From assembly GCA_963718235.1 (NCBI GenBank), contig CAVQYR010000001.1:1760001-1824000 (forward strand): DNA of 64,000 bases. Direction: 5' to 3'. The notes under the pieces are model-generated. The model was not told the origin of the DNA and did no database searches. It worked only from the letters and a program-made list of their open reading frames with translations. Positions 36,306 through 47,260 of this stretch are shown here, piece after piece. The first letter of the stretch is position 1; each line of letters opens with the position of its first letter. Source of the DNA: an uncultured Actinomycetota bacterium. Lineage in GTDB: Bacteria; Actinomycetota; Actinomycetes; JAHEKZ01. A program made the position numbers and the translations under genes.

Positions 36306-38840
36306 GTGCTGCGCTCCAGCCTCCGCAGTGTCTTCGCCCACAAGCTGCGTCTGTTGCTCTCCGGCCTGGCGATCGTGCTCGGTGTCGCGTTCGTCGTCGG
36401 CACGTTCATCTTCACCGACACCCTCGAGAAGACCTTCACCGACCTGTTCAGCCAGACCACGACCGACGTCGTGGTCACCCCGGTGGCCACGGTCGACAGC
36501 GACGTGGCCGGGAGCCTGGCCACGCTGCCGGCGTCGGTCCTGACGACCGTGCAGGGCGTCGACGGAGTGGCGAAGTCGGCCGGCACGGTGTTCGCCGACG
36601 GCGTGACCATCATCGGCAGTGACGGCGAGCCGCTGGGCACCCAAGGGGCCCCGCAGTTCGGGAGCAACTGGGACGACGACGAGCAGCTCAGCCCGTACCG
36701 GCTGGTCGACGGCCAGGGACCGGTCCGGGCCGGCGAGATCGCCATCGACTCGGTCGCGGCGGAGTCCGGAGGGTTCGCCCTGGGCGACACGGTGCGGCTG
36801 GTCACACCGTCCGGCTCCCAGACGGCCACCCTGGTCGGGGTGTTCCGGTTCGGCACGTCGGGCAACCTGGCGGGGGCGACCATCACGGCCTTCGACCTGG
36901 CGACGGCGCAAGCGGTGCTCCTGGACGGCGCGGACGAGTACACCGAGGTCGACGCCGTGGCCGTCGACGGGGTCTCGCAGACCGAGCTCGCGGCTGCCGT
37001 CACCACCGCACTCGGCGCACCGGACGACATCCAGGTGCAGACGGGCGAGCAGGCCTCCGACGAGGCCGCGGCGGCGATCAACGACGGGCTGCAGTTCGTC
37101 AACATCTTCCTGCTCGTGTTCGCCGGGATCGCCCTGTTCGTCGGCACGTTCATCATCCTCAACACGTTCGCGATGCTCGTCAGCCAACGCTCGCGTGAGC
37201 TGGCCCTGCTGCGGGCGGTGGGTGCCACCCGACGCCAGGTGATCACGTCGGTCCTCGTGGAGGCGCTGGTCGTGGGCGTCTTCGGTTCCGTCGTCGGCAT
37301 CGCGCTCGGCGTTGCCGTGGCGGTCGGGTTGCAGGGGCTCTTCAACGCGATCGGTGCGGAGATCCCGACTGGCGGGCTCAGCATCCTGCCGCGCACCGTG
37401 GTCGTCGGACTCCTCGTCGGGACGGTGGTGACGGTCGCCGCCGCGCTCGCCCCGGCCTGGAGGGCCTCGAGGATCCCGCCGATGGCGGCCCTGCGCGACG
37501 ATGTCACGCTCCCGACCCGCTCGCTTCGGATCCGTGCTCTCCTGGGCGTCGTCGGGCTCGTCGTCGGGCTGGGACTGATGACCGCCGGCGTCATGGCGGG
37601 CGGTGGCTCGGGCTCCGGGCTCGTCGGGCTCGGCACGATCGTCACGCTGGTTGCGGCCATCGTGCTCAGCCCGGCCGTCTCCGGCCCCGTGGTCCGTCTC
37701 CTGGGGGCCCCTCTTCCCCGCCTGTTCGGGACCGTCGGGCGGCTCTCGGTCGACAACGCCGAACGACAGCCCCGGCGCACGGCAGCGACAGCCTCTGCAC
37801 TCATGATCGGCATCGCACTGGTGTCTGCGCTGACCATCTTCGCCACGTCGACCAGCACGTCGGTCGAGCGCGTCGTCGACCGGGTGATCGGCGCGGAGTT
37901 CCTGGTGTCCAACCAGGCGCAACGGCCGTTCCCACCGTCCGTGGCCGCCGCGGTGGGCGACGTCGACGGCATCGACGCGGTCTCTGCGGTGAAGCAGGTG
38001 CCGGCCACCGTCGACGGCTCGGACACGATCATCGTGGGCCTCGACCCGTCGACGATCGGTCGGATGCTGGACCTGTCATTCGTCACCGGGTCGCTCGCCG
38101 ACCTCGGTGAGGGGTCGATCGTCGTTGACGACGTCACGGCCCAAGGAGCCGGGCTGAAGGTCGGCGACCAGGTCGACGTGGTGCTGCCGACCGGCGCCGA
38201 CACGTACGCCGTGGCCGGTACCTACACAGGCGGTGCAGGCTTCAGCGGGTACGGGCTGTCCAACGACGCGCTGGCGGCCGCGGGGCTGCGGCTCGGTGAC
38301 TCGTTCCTGTACGCCAAGACGGTCGAAGGGGCCGATCTGGACGCGGTGGGCGCCGCCCTCGACGAGGCCCTCAGCGACTACCCCACGGTGCAGGTGCAGA
38401 GCCAGGCGGAGTTCAAGGACTCGATCAAGGGCAACGTCAACCAGCTGCTCGCAGTGATGGTCCTGCTGCTCAGCCTGGCGATCATCATCGCGGTGCTCGG
38501 GATCGTGAACACCCTGGTCCTGTCGGTGATCGAGCGCACGCGCGAGATCGGGATGCTCAGGGCGGTCGGCGCGCTGCGGGGACAGATCCGACGGATGGTG
38601 GTGCTGGAGTCGATCGTGATCGCCGTCTACGGCGCGGTACTCGGGCTGGTTCTGGGGCTCGGGTTCGCGGTGGCGCTCCAACGCACCCTGGTCGACCAGG
38701 GCATCGAGGTGCTGGCCATCCCCTGGGTGGCCTTGCTGGTGTTCCTGCTGCTCGCGGCCCTGGTCGGAGCGCTTGCTGCCCTGTGGCCGGCCTTCCGGGC
38801 CGGACGCCTCGACGTGCTCCGCGCGGTGACCACCGAGTAG
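36306..38840 (+). CDS. ABC transporter permease (two FtsX/MacB repeats)
   Basis: ILNTFAMLVSQRSRELALLRAVGA and IVNTLVLSVIERTREIGMLRAVGA; about 10 TM helices. Confidence 0.93.
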   Translation: MLRSSLRSVFAHKLRLLLSGLAIVLGVAFVVGTFIFTDTLEKTFTDLFSQTTTDVVVTPVATVDSDVAGSLATLPASVLTTVQGVDGVAKSAGTVFADGVTIIGSDGEPLGTQGAPQFGSNWDDDEQLSPYRLVDGQGPVRAGEIAIDSVAAESGGFALGDTVRLVTPSGSQTATLVGVFRFGTSGNLAGATITAFDLATAQAVLLDGADEYTEVDAVAVDGVSQTELAAAVTTALGAPDDIQVQTGEQASDEAAAAINDGLQFVNIFLLVFAGIALFVGTFIILNTFAMLVSQRSRELALLRAVGATRRQVITSVLVEALVVGVFGSVVGIALGVAVAVGLQGLFNAIGAEIPTGGLSILPRTVVVGLLVGTVVTVAAALAPAWRASRIPPMAALRDDVTLPTRSLRIRALLGVVGLVVGLGLMTAGVMAGGGSGSGLVGLGTIVTLVAAIVLSPAVSGPVVRLLGAPLPRLFGTVGRLSVDNAERQPRRTAATASALMIGIALVSALTIFATSTSTSVERVVDRVIGAEFLVSNQAQRPFPPSVAAAVGDVDGIDAVSAVKQVPATVDGSDTIIVGLDPSTIGRMLDLSFVTGSLADLGEGSIVVDDVTAQGAGLKVGDQVDVVLPTGADTYAVAGTYTGGAGFSGYGLSNDALAAAGLRLGDSFLYAKTVEGADLDAVGAALDEALSDYPTVQVQSQAEFKDSIKGNVNQLLAVMVLLLSLAIIIAVLGIVNTLVLSVIERTREIGMLRAVGALRGQIRRMVVLESIVIAVYGAVLGLVLGLGFAVALQRTLVDQGIEVLAIPWVALLVFLLLAALVGALAALWPAFRAGRLDVLRAVTTE

Positions 38841-38849
38841 CCGGCGCAC

Positions 38850-39537
38850 CTACCCCTGGGCGACCAGGCGTCGCAGCAACGAGACGTCGACCAGGTCGAG
38901 TGACGAGGTGACGTGTCGTCCGGGAACAGGGTCGATGGGGGCGACGCTCGGTACGGCCACCACGCGGCACCCGGCGGCCTCCGCAGCAGCGACACCGGTC
39001 GGTGAGTCCTCCAGGACCACCGTGCTCGCGGCCGACGCCCCCAGGTGCGTCAGTGCCGTCACGTATGGCTGAGGGTCGGGCTTCAGGAGCGAGACGTCGT
39101 CGGCGGTGACCGTGACCTGGAAGGCACTGCTGGGCAGCGCGCTCAGCACGACCTCGACATGCTCCCTCACCGACGAGGTGACGAGTCCCAGCTGCACCCC
39201 GTGGTCCAGAAGCGACCCGATCAGGGTCGAGGCGCCGTCGCCGGAGGTTGACCCCGTCGACGACCAGGCGCCTGGTCATCGCCTCCCGGAGGTGGCGCAT
39301 GACCGCAGCGTCTCCGAGCGTCGAACCACTGGCCGTCAGCATGTAGCGCGCAGCGAAGGGCAGGTTGGAGCCGAGCAGGGCGTGCTGGTCGGTCTCGTTC
39401 CACGGGATGCCCAGCCACGCGGCCGTCTCGGTCTCCGCGGCGAACCACTGGGGCTCGGTGTCCACCAGCAGACCGTCCATGTCGAAGAGCACGGTCGTGA
39501 GGCCGACCTGGTCCTCGGGCACGAGGGCTGTGCTCAT
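38850..39537 (-). pseudogene. HAD-family phosphatase, frameshifted by one extra base near 39240 (pseudogene or sequencing error)
   Basis: Motif I (LFDMDGLLVDTE) is in one frame; LVTSS, KPDPQPY and VLEDSPTGVAAA are in another. The span is 688 nt = 3n+1. Confidence 0.85.
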
Positions 39538-42500
39538 CGGGCGTTGAAGTACTTGGCCTCGGGGTGGTGCACGACCAGGGCCGAGGTGGACTGCTCAGGG
39601 TGCAGCTGGAACTCCTCGCTGAGCTCGACGCCGATCCGCTCCGGACGGAGCAGGTCGACCAGGACGGTCTGGTCCTCCAGGTCGGGGCACGCGGGGTAGC
39701 CGAAGGAGTACCTCGAACCTCGGTAGCCCTGACGCAGGATGGCGTCGAGCTGTGGTTCGTCCTGGCGGGCGTAGCCGAGCTCGGCGCGCACGCGGGCGTG
39801 CCAGAACTCGGCCAGCGCCTCGGTCAGCTGGACCGACAGCCCGTGCAGCTCGAGGTACTCGCGGTACGCGTCCTTGGCGAAGAGCTCGTTGGCCACCTCA
39901 CTGACCCTGCGCCCCATCGTCACGACGTGGAAGCCCACGACATCGGTCTCCCCGGAGTCCGCCGCGCGGAAGAAGTCCGACAGGCACAGGTGTCGGTCGC
40001 GCCGCTGCCGGGGGAACCGGAAGCGGGCTCGCTCACGCCCGGTTTCCGGACCCTCGTGATGCAGCACGACGAGGTCGTCCCCCTCGCTCACGGCCGGGAA
40101 GTAGCCGTAGGCCACGGCGGCCTGCAGGATGCCCTCGGTGTGCAGGCGCTCCAGCCAGTACCGCAGCCTCGGGCGTCCCTCGGTCTCGACGAGCTCCTCG
40201 TAGGTGGGCCCCTGACCACTGCGCGAGCCGCGCAGCCCCCACTGGCCCATGAAGGTCGCCCGCTCGTCGAGGTAGGCGGCGTAGTCGCCCAGAGCGATCC
40301 CCTTGACCACCCGGTCCCCCCAGAACGGTGGCCGGGGCACCGGGTTGTCGGTCGTGACGTCGGAGCGGGCCGGCAGGTCGACTTCGGGGGTCTCACGCGG
40401 GCGCACGACCGAGGCGACGCGGCGCTGCTTGGGTGCGGGCAGGGTGGCGCCCTCGACGCCGCGCTTGACCGCCATGACGGCGTCCATCAGCCGCAGTCCC
40501 TCGAAGGCGTCGCGTGCGTACCGGACCTCACCCTCGTAGATGGCGCCGAGGTCCTGCTCGACGTAGGAACGAGTCAGCGCGGCCCCGCCCAGGACGACTG
40601 GCCATCGGTCAGCGACCCCGCGCAGGTTCATCTCCTCCAGGTTCTCCCGCATGACGACCGTCGACTTGACCAGCAGCCCGGACATGCCCACGACATCGGC
40701 GTCGTTCTCGTCCGCCGCGTCGAGGATGGCCGAGACCGGCTGCTTGATCCCGAGGTTGACGACGGTGTAGCCGTTGTTGGTCAAGATGATGTCGACCAGG
40801 TTCTTGCCGATGTCGTGGACGTCGCCCTTCACGGTGGCCAGCACGATGGTTCCCTTGCCGCTGGTGTCGGACTTCTCCATGTGCGGCTCGAGGTGGGCCA
40901 CCGCGGTCTTCATGACCTCGGCCGACTGCAGCACGAACGGCAGCTGCATCTCGCCGCGCCCGAAAAGGTCGCCGACGACCTTCATGCCCTCGAGCAGGTC
41001 GACGTTGACGATGTCCAGAGCCTCGCGGGTGCCCAGCGCCTCGTCGAGGTCGGCTTCCAGGCCGTTGCGCTCGCCGTCGATGATCCTCCGGCGCAGCCGC
41101 TCGCCGAGTGGCAGCGCGGCGAGCTCGGCCGCCCTCGACTGTCGCAGGTCGGCGGCGGTGGCCCCCTCGAACAGGTCCAGAAAGCGCTGCAGCGGGTCGT
41201 AGCCGTCGGAGCGCCGGTCGTAGACGAGGTCGAGGGCGACCTGACGCTGCTCGTCGGGGATCCGGGCCATGGGCAGGATCTTCGAGGCGTGCACGATCGC
41301 GGAGTCCAGCCCGGCCTGGACCGCCTCGTGCAGGAACACCGAGTTGAGCACGATCCGGGCCGCGGGGTTGAGCCCGAAAGAAACGTTGGACACGCCGAGC
41401 GTGGTCTGCACCTGCGGGTGCCGACGCTTGACCTCACGGATCGCCTCGATCGTCTCCAGGGCGTCGCGGCGGGTCTCCTCCTGGCCGGTGGCGATCGGGA
41501 AGGTCAGCGTGTCGACGATGATGTCCGACTCGTGCATGCCCCAGTGGCCGGTCAGGTCGTCGATGAGACGGCGAGCGACCCGCACCTTCCACTCGGCGGT
41601 GCGGGCCTGTCCCTGCTCGTCGATGGTGAGCGCGACGACAGCTGCCCCGTGCTCCTTGACCAGGGGCATCATCCGCTGGATCCGGCTGCCCGGACCGTCG
41701 CCGTCCTCGTAGTTGACCGAGTTGACCACCGACCGACCGCCGAGCAGCTCCAGGCCGGCCTGCACGACCTCGGGCTCCGTGGAGTCGAGCATGAGGGGCA
41801 GGGTGGATGCCGTGGCGAACCGCCCCACCACCTCGCGGATGTCATCGACGCCACTTCGGCCCACGTAGTCGATGCACACGTCGAGCAGGTGAGCGCCGTC
41901 GCGGGTCTGGTCGCGGGCGATCTCGACGCAGTCCTCCCACCGCTCTTCGAGCATCGCCACCCGAAAGGCCTTGGACCCGTTGGCGTTGGTGCGCTCCCCG
42001 ATCGACAGGTAGGCGGTGTCCTGACGAAACGGCACGTGCTGGTACAGCGAGGCGGCTCCCGGCTCGGGGCGCGGCCGTCGGGGCGACAGTGGCCGACCTC
42101 CCACTCGTTCGACGACGTGCCGCAGGTGCTCGGGGGTGGTCCCGCAGCACCCGCCGACCAGGCTCAGCCCGTAGTCGCGGGTGAAGGCGTCGTGGGCGTC
42201 GGCGAGCTGGGCCGGGGTGAGCGGGTAGTGGGCGCCGTCGGCGGTCAGGACCGGAAGCCCGGCGTTCGGCATGCACGAGACCCCCACCCGAGCGTGCCGG
42301 GAGAGGTGACGCAGGTGCTCGCTCATCTCCGCCGGGCCGGTGGCGCAGTTCAGCCCGATCAGGTCGATGCCCAGTGGCTCCAGGGCGGCCAGGGCGGCCC
42401 CGATCTCGGTCCCCAGCAGCATCGTGCCGGTGGTCTCCACCGTGACCTGGACGATCAGCGGGAGGTCGACCCCCGCTGCCTTCAGCGCCCGTCGGGCCCC

Positions 42501-43022
42501 GATGAGCGAGGCCTTGGCCTGGAGCAGGTCCTGCGCGGTCTCCACGAGAACCGCGTCGGCGCCGCCGTCGACCATGCCTGCGACCTGCTGCTGGTAGGCG
42601 TCGCGCAGCTCCGCGAACGAGACGTGGCCCAGCGTGGGAAGCCGGGTCCCCGGACCCACCGAACCGAGCACCCAGCGCGGTTGCTCCGGTGTGCTCCAAC
42701 CGTCGGCCACCTCGCGCGCGGCCCGGGCCCCGGCCTCGGCGAGCTCGTGGATCCGGTCGGCGATGCCGTACTCGGCGAGGTTGCCGAGGTTGGCGCCGAA
42801 GGTGTTGGTCTCGACCGCATCGACACCCACCGCGAAGTAGGCGTCGTGCACCCCCCGCACGATGTCCGGGCGAGTCACGTTGAGGATCTCGTTGCAGCCC
42901 TCCAGACCCTCGAAGTCGTCGAGGGTCAGCGGGGCTGCCTGGAGCATGGTCCCCATGGCGCCGTCGGCCACGACCACCCGCTCGGCGAGTACGCGCCTGA
43001 GACTGTGCGGATGGGCGCTCAT
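39534..43022 (-). CDS. metH: Cobalamin-dependent methionine synthase
   Basis: DGAMGTMLQ, GLNCATGP, GGCCGT, IGERTNANGS, ATVKGDVHDIGKN (B12-binding) and RYSFGYPACP. Confidence 0.97.
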   Translation of the reverse strand: MSAHPHSLRRVLAERVVVADGAMGTMLQAAPLTLDDFEGLEGCNEILNVTRPDIVRGVHDAYFAVGVDAVETNTFGANLGNLAEYGIADRIHELAEAGARAAREVADGWSTPEQPRWVLGSVGPGTRLPTLGHVSFAELRDAYQQQVAGMVDGGADAVLVETAQDLLQAKASLIGARRALKAAGVDLPLIVQVTVETTGTMLLGTEIGAALAALEPLGIDLIGLNCATGPAEMSEHLRHLSRHARVGVSCMPNAGLPVLTADGAHYPLTPAQLADAHDAFTRDYGLSLVGGCCGTTPEHLRHVVERVGGRPLSPRRPRPEPGAASLYQHVPFRQDTAYLSIGERTNANGSKAFRVAMLEERWEDCVEIARDQTRDGAHLLDVCIDYVGRSGVDDIREVVGRFATASTLPLMLDSTEPEVVQAGLELLGGRSVVNSVNYEDGDGPGSRIQRMMPLVKEHGAAVVALTIDEQGQARTAEWKVRVARRLIDDLTGHWGMHESDIIVDTLTFPIATGQEETRRDALETIEAIREVKRRHPQVQTTLGVSNVSFGLNPAARIVLNSVFLHEAVQAGLDSAIVHASKILPMARIPDEQRQVALDLVYDRRSDGYDPLQRFLDLFEGATAADLRQSRAAELAALPLGERLRRRIIDGERNGLEADLDEALGTREALDIVNVDLLEGMKVVGDLFGRGEMQLPFVLQSAEVMKTAVAHLEPHMEKSDTSGKGTIVLATVKGDVHDIGKNLVDIILTNNGYTVVNLGIKQPVSAILDAADENDADVVGMSGLLVKSTVVMRENLEEMNLRGVADRWPVVLGGAALTRSYVEQDLGAIYEGEVRYARDAFEGLRLMDAVMAVKRGVEGATLPAPKQRRVASVVRPRETPEVDLPARSDVTTDNPVPRPPFWGDRVVKGIALGDYAAYLDERATFMGQWGLRGSRSGQGPTYEELVETEGRPRLRYWLERLHTEGILQAAVAYGYFPAVSEGDDLVVLHHEGPETGRERARFRFPRQRRDRHLCLSDFFRAADSGETDVVGFHVVTMGRRVSEVANELFAKDAYREYLELHGLSVQLTEALAEFWHARVRAELGYARQDEPQLDAILRQGYRGSRYSFGYPACPDLEDQTVLVDLLRPERIGVELSEEFQLHPEQSTSALVVHHPEAKYFNAR

Positions 43023-43077
43023 AATGGGTCAGGATAGCGATCGCCTGAGCACAGCCCCGACGCCGTAGGCTGAATCC

Positions 43078-43935
43078 ATGATCGAGTTCGAGGCGCTGCC
43101 GGCACTTCGCGAGCCGGTGCTCGTCGCGGCGTTCGAGGGCTGGAACGATGCGGCCGAGGCCGCCACGGGAGTCCTCGACCACCTCCTCGAGGCCTTTGAC
43201 GGGCAGCTGTTCGCCGAGCTCGACCCCGAGGACTACTACGACTTCCAGGTCAACCGGCCCTCGGTCACCATCGGCGAGCGAGGCATTCGCGACATCGTGT
43301 GGCCGGGGACCAGGATGTACACCGTGTGCCCTGCGGACGGTCCCGACCTCGTGGTCGTGCGTGGCATCGAGCCGAGCATGCGCTGGCGCAGCTTCGTGTC
43401 CGAGATCGTCGGCCTGGCGTTCGAGCTCGACGTCGACCACGCGGTCACCCTGGGCGCCCTGCTCGCGGACTCGCCGCACACCCGTCCGGTCCCGGTCACG
43501 GGCATCGCCTCGGACTCCGGTCTGGCCCGCCAACTCACCCTCGAGCCCTCGCGCTACGAGGGGCCGACCGGCGTGGTCGGGGTGCTCACCGAGGCGCTGT
43601 CGCACGCAGGGATCTCCACGGTCTCCTACTGGGCCGCCGTGCCGCACTACGTGGCTGCGGCCCCGTGCCCCAAGGCCACCCTGGAGCTGTTGCGCCGGCT
43701 GGAGGACGCCGTCCCGCTGGCGGTGCCGCACGGCGACCTGGAGGAGGACGCCGTCGCCTGGGAGCGCAGCGTCGACGAGCTCGCAGCAGGTGACGACGAG
43801 GTCGCCGAGTACGTCAAGTCGCTCGAGGAGGCCCGCGACACCGCTGACCTGCCCGAGGCCTCCGGCGACGCGATCGCCCGGGAGTTCGAGCGCTACCTGC
43901 GACGGCGCGACGACCCACCGGCTCCCCGCAGCTGA
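43078..43935 (+). CDS. PAC2 (proteasome assembly chaperone-like) family protein
   Basis: AAFEGWNDAAEAA, DPEDYYDFQVNRP, GIEPSMRWRSF, LGALLADSPHTRP, YEGPTG and WAAVPHY. Confidence 0.9.
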   Translation: MIEFEALPALREPVLVAAFEGWNDAAEAATGVLDHLLEAFDGQLFAELDPEDYYDFQVNRPSVTIGERGIRDIVWPGTRMYTVCPADGPDLVVVRGIEPSMRWRSFVSEIVGLAFELDVDHAVTLGALLADSPHTRPVPVTGIASDSGLARQLTLEPSRYEGPTGVVGVLTEALSHAGISTVSYWAAVPHYVAAAPCPKATLELLRRLEDAVPLAVPHGDLEEDAVAWERSVDELAAGDDEVAEYVKSLEEARDTADLPEASGDAIAREFERYLRRRDDPPAPRS

Positions 43936-43960
43936 GCCCAGGAGCTGGGCCCGGCTCGAG

Positions 43961-45187
43961 CTACAGGCGAATCCCCAGCAGAGCGTCGACGGTGCTCCGG
44001 ACCAGATCGGGGCCCTGCTTGTCCTCGCCGACCCCGAGGTGGACCTGCTCAGCCCAGCGGTCGACGGCCCGAAGCGCCCCTGGGGCATCCAGGTCGTCGG
44101 ACAGCCGGTCCCTGACCTCGGCCAGCAGCGGTCCGGCGTCAGGTCCCTGCCCCCGGTCGACGGCTGCTCGCCAGGTGGCCAGGGTCTGCTCGGCGTGCGC
44201 GAGCTGGTCGGGGGTCCACTCCCAGTCGTCTCGGTAGTGGTGTCGAAGCAGAGCGATCCGCAGCGCGCCTGGGTCGGTTCCCTCCGCTCTGAGGCGCGAG
44301 ACGAAGACGAGGTTGCCGCGGCTCTTGGACATCTTGTTGCCGTCCAGGCCCACCATGCCGCCGTGCACGTAGAACCGGGCATAGGGGTGCAGCCCGGTGA
44401 GGACCGCGGCCTCGCTGGCCCCCATCTCGTGATGGGGGAAGACGAGGTCACTGCCGCCACCCTGGACGTCGAAGGTCATGCCGAGCAGCTGCAGGGCGAT
44501 GGCGGTGCACTCGATGTGCCAGCCCGGGCGACCGTGCCCCAGGGAGGTCTCCCAGGCAGGCTCCTCAGGTCGGGCCGCCTGCCACAACAGGCAGTCGAGG
44601 GGATGCCTCTTGCCGGTTCGCTGGGGGTCGCCGCCGCGCTCGGCGAACAGCTGGACCATCTGCTCTTCCGGCAGGTGCGACACCGAACCGAACGACGGGT
44701 CGCTGTGCACGTCGAAGTAGACGTCGTCGTCGACCCGGTAGGCAGCTCCCTTGTCGAGCAGGATCTGCACCAGGTCGACGATGTGTGGGATCGACTCGAC
44801 CGCGCCGATGTAGTGACGGGGCGGGATCACCCGAAGGGCGTGCATGTCGGTGCGGAAGAGCTCGGTCTCCCGGCGAGCGATCTCGGTCCAGTCCTGGCCC
44901 GTCGCCACGGCCCGCTCGAGCAGCGGGTCGTCGATGTCGGTGACGTTCTGCACGTAGTGCACGACGTGCCGACCGTCGAGCCAGACGCGCTGGATCAGGT
45001 CGAACGTGAGGTAGGTGTTCGCGTGACCGAGGTGGGTGGCGTCGTACGGGGTGATCCCGCACACGTACATCCGCGCCTCGGGGCCGGGGTCCGTCGGTCG
45101 GACCAGGCCGCTCGAGGTGTCGAACAGGCGTAGGGGTACACCCTGCCCGGGCAGCGACGGTACCTCTGGTGCGGGCCACGACTCCAC
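43961..45187 (-). CDS. mshC: Cysteine:GlcN-Ins ligase (mycothiol biosynthesis)
   Basis: [53 protein letters not shown] and KMSKSRGN. Confidence 0.95.
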   Translation of the reverse strand: MESWPAPEVPSLPGQGVPLRLFDTSSGLVRPTDPGPEARMYVCGITPYDATHLGHANTYLTFDLIQRVWLDGRHVVHYVQNVTDIDDPLLERAVATGQDWTEIARRETELFRTDMHALRVIPPRHYIGAVESIPHIVDLVQILLDKGAAYRVDDDVYFDVHSDPSFGSVSHLPEEQMVQLFAERGGDPQRTGKRHPLDCLLWQAARPEEPAWETSLGHGRPGWHIECTAIALQLLGMTFDVQGGGSDLVFPHHEMGASEAAVLTGLHPYARFYVHGGMVGLDGNKMSKSRGNLVFVSRLRAEGTDPGALRIALLRHHYRDDWEWTPDQLAHAEQTLATWRAAVDRGQGPDAGPLLAEVRDRLSDDLDAPGALRAVDRWAEQVHLGVGEDKQGPDLVRSTVDALLGIRL

Positions 45188-45233
45188 GAACGGCGAGCCT
45201 AGTGGGCGCGCACCCGGCACCGCCGGGGGCAGG

Positions 45234-45947
45234 TCAGAACGGAGGCCAGGGGATCGCCGGCCAGTCGGTGGGCGGTTCGGGGTGAGTCCCGGTGCGCAGC
45301 ATCACGCGGACCCTTCGGCGCGTCGCGGCGATCTCAGACCGGGTGAGCAGGCCGAGCAGCTCCTCGAGAAGCTCGCCCTCGGCCAGCTGGGCGTCGACCT
45401 GCTCGAGGGCGTCGACCGACTCGTCGTCGAGCGGCTCACCCGCCCACTGCCACAGGAGGGTCCGCAGCTTGGACTCTGCAGCGAACGTGACTCCGTGGTC
45501 GATCCCCATCACCTGCCCGGAGGTCGTCGGCAGGAGATGGCCGCCCTTGCGGTCGGCGTTGTTGACGACCGCGTCCAGCACGGCCATCCGGCGCAGGTCG
45601 GGGTGGCGGCTGCGGACCAGGCCGACCAGGTCGACAGCGTCGTCGACGTCGATCCACAGCTGGACCATGCCGGGCCCGAACGGCCCGTCGCGGAGCACGG
45701 TGGTCGGGACCAGGTGCCACCCGCCTGCCTGGGACACGAGGTAGGTGGCGCGCTCCCGTGCTGCGAGCGTTCCGGTCGGGAAGTCCCACAGCGGCCGTTC
45801 ACCTGAGACCGGCTTGTACACGCACACGACCGTCTCGCCCTCCAGGGAGGCGGTGCAGTAGAGCGTGGCGTTGGAGGCGTCGACGAGTCGGCCCTGCACG
45901 TCGATGCCTCCGTTGAGGAGGAGGTCGGCGGCGTCGATGACGCTCAT
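45234..45947 (-). CDS. SCO1664 family protein (phosphatidylinositol-kinase-like fold)
   Basis: [52 protein letters not shown] and WPAIPWPPF. Confidence 0.88.
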   Translation of the reverse strand: MSVIDAADLLLNGGIDVQGRLVDASNATLYCTASLEGETVVCVYKPVSGERPLWDFPTGTLAARERATYLVSQAGGWHLVPTTVLRDGPFGPGMVQLWIDVDDAVDLVGLVRSRHPDLRRMAVLDAVVNNADRKGGHLLPTTSGQVMGIDHGVTFAAESKLRTLLWQWAGEPLDDESVDALEQVDAQLAEGELLEELLGLLTRSEIAATRRRVRVMLRTGTHPEPPTDWPAIPWPPF

Positions 45948-46516
45948 GGCCGGCGTCGGTGCCCGTTCTGGCGGGGGCAGAGGTGGCCCTCCGGGTCGAG
46001 GGGTTGGTTGCAGAACGGGCACGGGGGCCGCCCTGCGGCGACGACCCGGGCCGCCCGCTCGGCGAACTGTCGCGCGGCGGCTCCGGTGAGAACGACGCGC
46101 AGCTTGTCCGGGCCCGCGTCGTCGGAGTCCAGCGCCTCGAGGTCGTCGACGTCGGTCTCGTCGTCGACGACGGCGAACGCCTCCAGCACGAACCGCTGGC
46201 TCTCGTCGTCCCACTCCAGGCTCATCGACCCGACCCGGAACTCCTCGTCGACGGGGGCGGTGAGCGGACCGAGGTCGAGCTGGTCGACCGGCGTCAGGGC
46301 TGGGATCGGCACCTCACCGGCACTGCGGCGCAACAGCGTGTCGAGCAGGTCGGTCAGGCGCTCGGCGAGGGCGGCGACCTGCGCCTTCTCCAGGGCGACG
46401 CTGGTGAGTCGAACGCCGGCTTGTGCCTGGAGGTAGAACGTCCGTTGGCCCGGCTCACCGACCGTTCCGGCGACGAACCGGTCCGGTTCGTCGAAGTCGA
46501 AGACCCGACGAGACAT
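45944..46516 (-). CDS. DUF3090 family protein
   Basis: DRFVAGTVGEPGQRTFYLQA, VALEKAQV, EEFRVG and AGRPPCPFCNQPLDPEGHLCPRQNG. Confidence 0.88.
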   Translation of the reverse strand: MSRRVFDFDEPDRFVAGTVGEPGQRTFYLQAQAGVRLTSVALEKAQVAALAERLTDLLDTLLRRSAGEVPIPALTPVDQLDLGPLTAPVDEEFRVGSMSLEWDDESQRFVLEAFAVVDDETDVDDLEALDSDDAGPDKLRVVLTGAAARQFAERAARVVAAGRPPCPFCNQPLDPEGHLCPRQNGHRRRP

Positions 46517-46521
46517 CGACG

Positions 46522-47214
46522 TCACCCCCCCGCCCCGCCGCCGACGGCGGCGTCGCTCGACCGCTTGCGGCCGCGGCGACGCCTGGGGGGCACCAGCCCG
46601 TCGACCGGCGCCCCGGTGTCGTTCATCCGCTCCACGAAGGGACGCAACGGGCTGTACCGGACGACGCTCAGCGATGCGGGGTCGACGACGATCCGCTGGA
46701 ACTGGTCGAGGTGCAGCCCAAGAGCGTCGGCGAGCACCGCCTTGATCACGTCACCGTGGGAGACCACGACATACGTGGCGTCGTCCCCGAGTCGGGTGTT
46801 CCAGTCGCGCACAGCGGACACGGCACGCCCTTGCATGCTCGCCATCGCCTCGCCGCCGTCGCCGGGGAAGGTGACCGCGCTGGGATGCGCCTGAACGGCT
46901 TTCCACAGCGGGTCCTTGGCCAGCTTCTTGAGCTCCTGCCCCGTCCAGTCGCCGTAGCGCACCTCGCCGAACCGTTCGTCGGACTGGACCGGGGTGTCCG
47001 GCCGCTCGGCGACGAGAGCAGCCGCGGTCTCCTGGCAGCGCTGCAGGGGGCTGGCCACGACTGCCGTCACGGGTACTCCGGCGAGCCGGGTTCCGAGGCT
47101 GCGCGCCTGCTCAGCACCGGTCTCGTCGAGACCCACCCCAGCGGTCCAGCCAGCCAGTACCCCAGAGGCGTTGGCCGTCGTCCGACCATGGCGCACGAGC
47201 AGGAGGGTGGTCAC
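46522..47214 (-). CDS. MSMEG_4193-family histidine phosphatase / phosphomutase
   Basis: LVRHGRTTAN..GVLAGW, SPLQRC.ETA, YGDWTG and VSHGDVIK. Confidence 0.88.
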   Translation of the reverse strand: MTTLLLVRHGRTTANASGVLAGWTAGVGLDETGAEQARSLGTRLAGVPVTAVVASPLQRCQETAAALVAERPDTPVQSDERFGEVRYGDWTGQELKKLAKDPLWKAVQAHPSAVTFPGDGGEAMASMQGRAVSAVRDWNTRLGDDATYVVVSHGDVIKAVLADALGLHLDQFQRIVVDPASLSVVRYSPLRPFVERMNDTGAPVDGLVPPRRRRGRKRSSDAAVGGGAGG

Positions 47215-47260
47215 GTCGAAACCCTAGACGCCCGTGGCCCCGGGGCGCGCCTCGACGGGT

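Noticed and set aside
39564-43037. Very long antisense ORFs (1157 aa opposite metH, 871 aa opposite pafA-prcAB, 835 aa opposite the ABC permease, and others)
   Set aside because: These are expected shadows of high-GC3 coding strands; they have no motifs and lie over well-supported genes.
43023-43077. Cobalamin or SAM riboswitch before metH; lysine riboswitch before kamA; c-di-AMP riboswitch before the wall hydrolases
   Set aside because: The intergenic spaces are too short or look leaderless, and no conserved aptamer sequence is recognisable.
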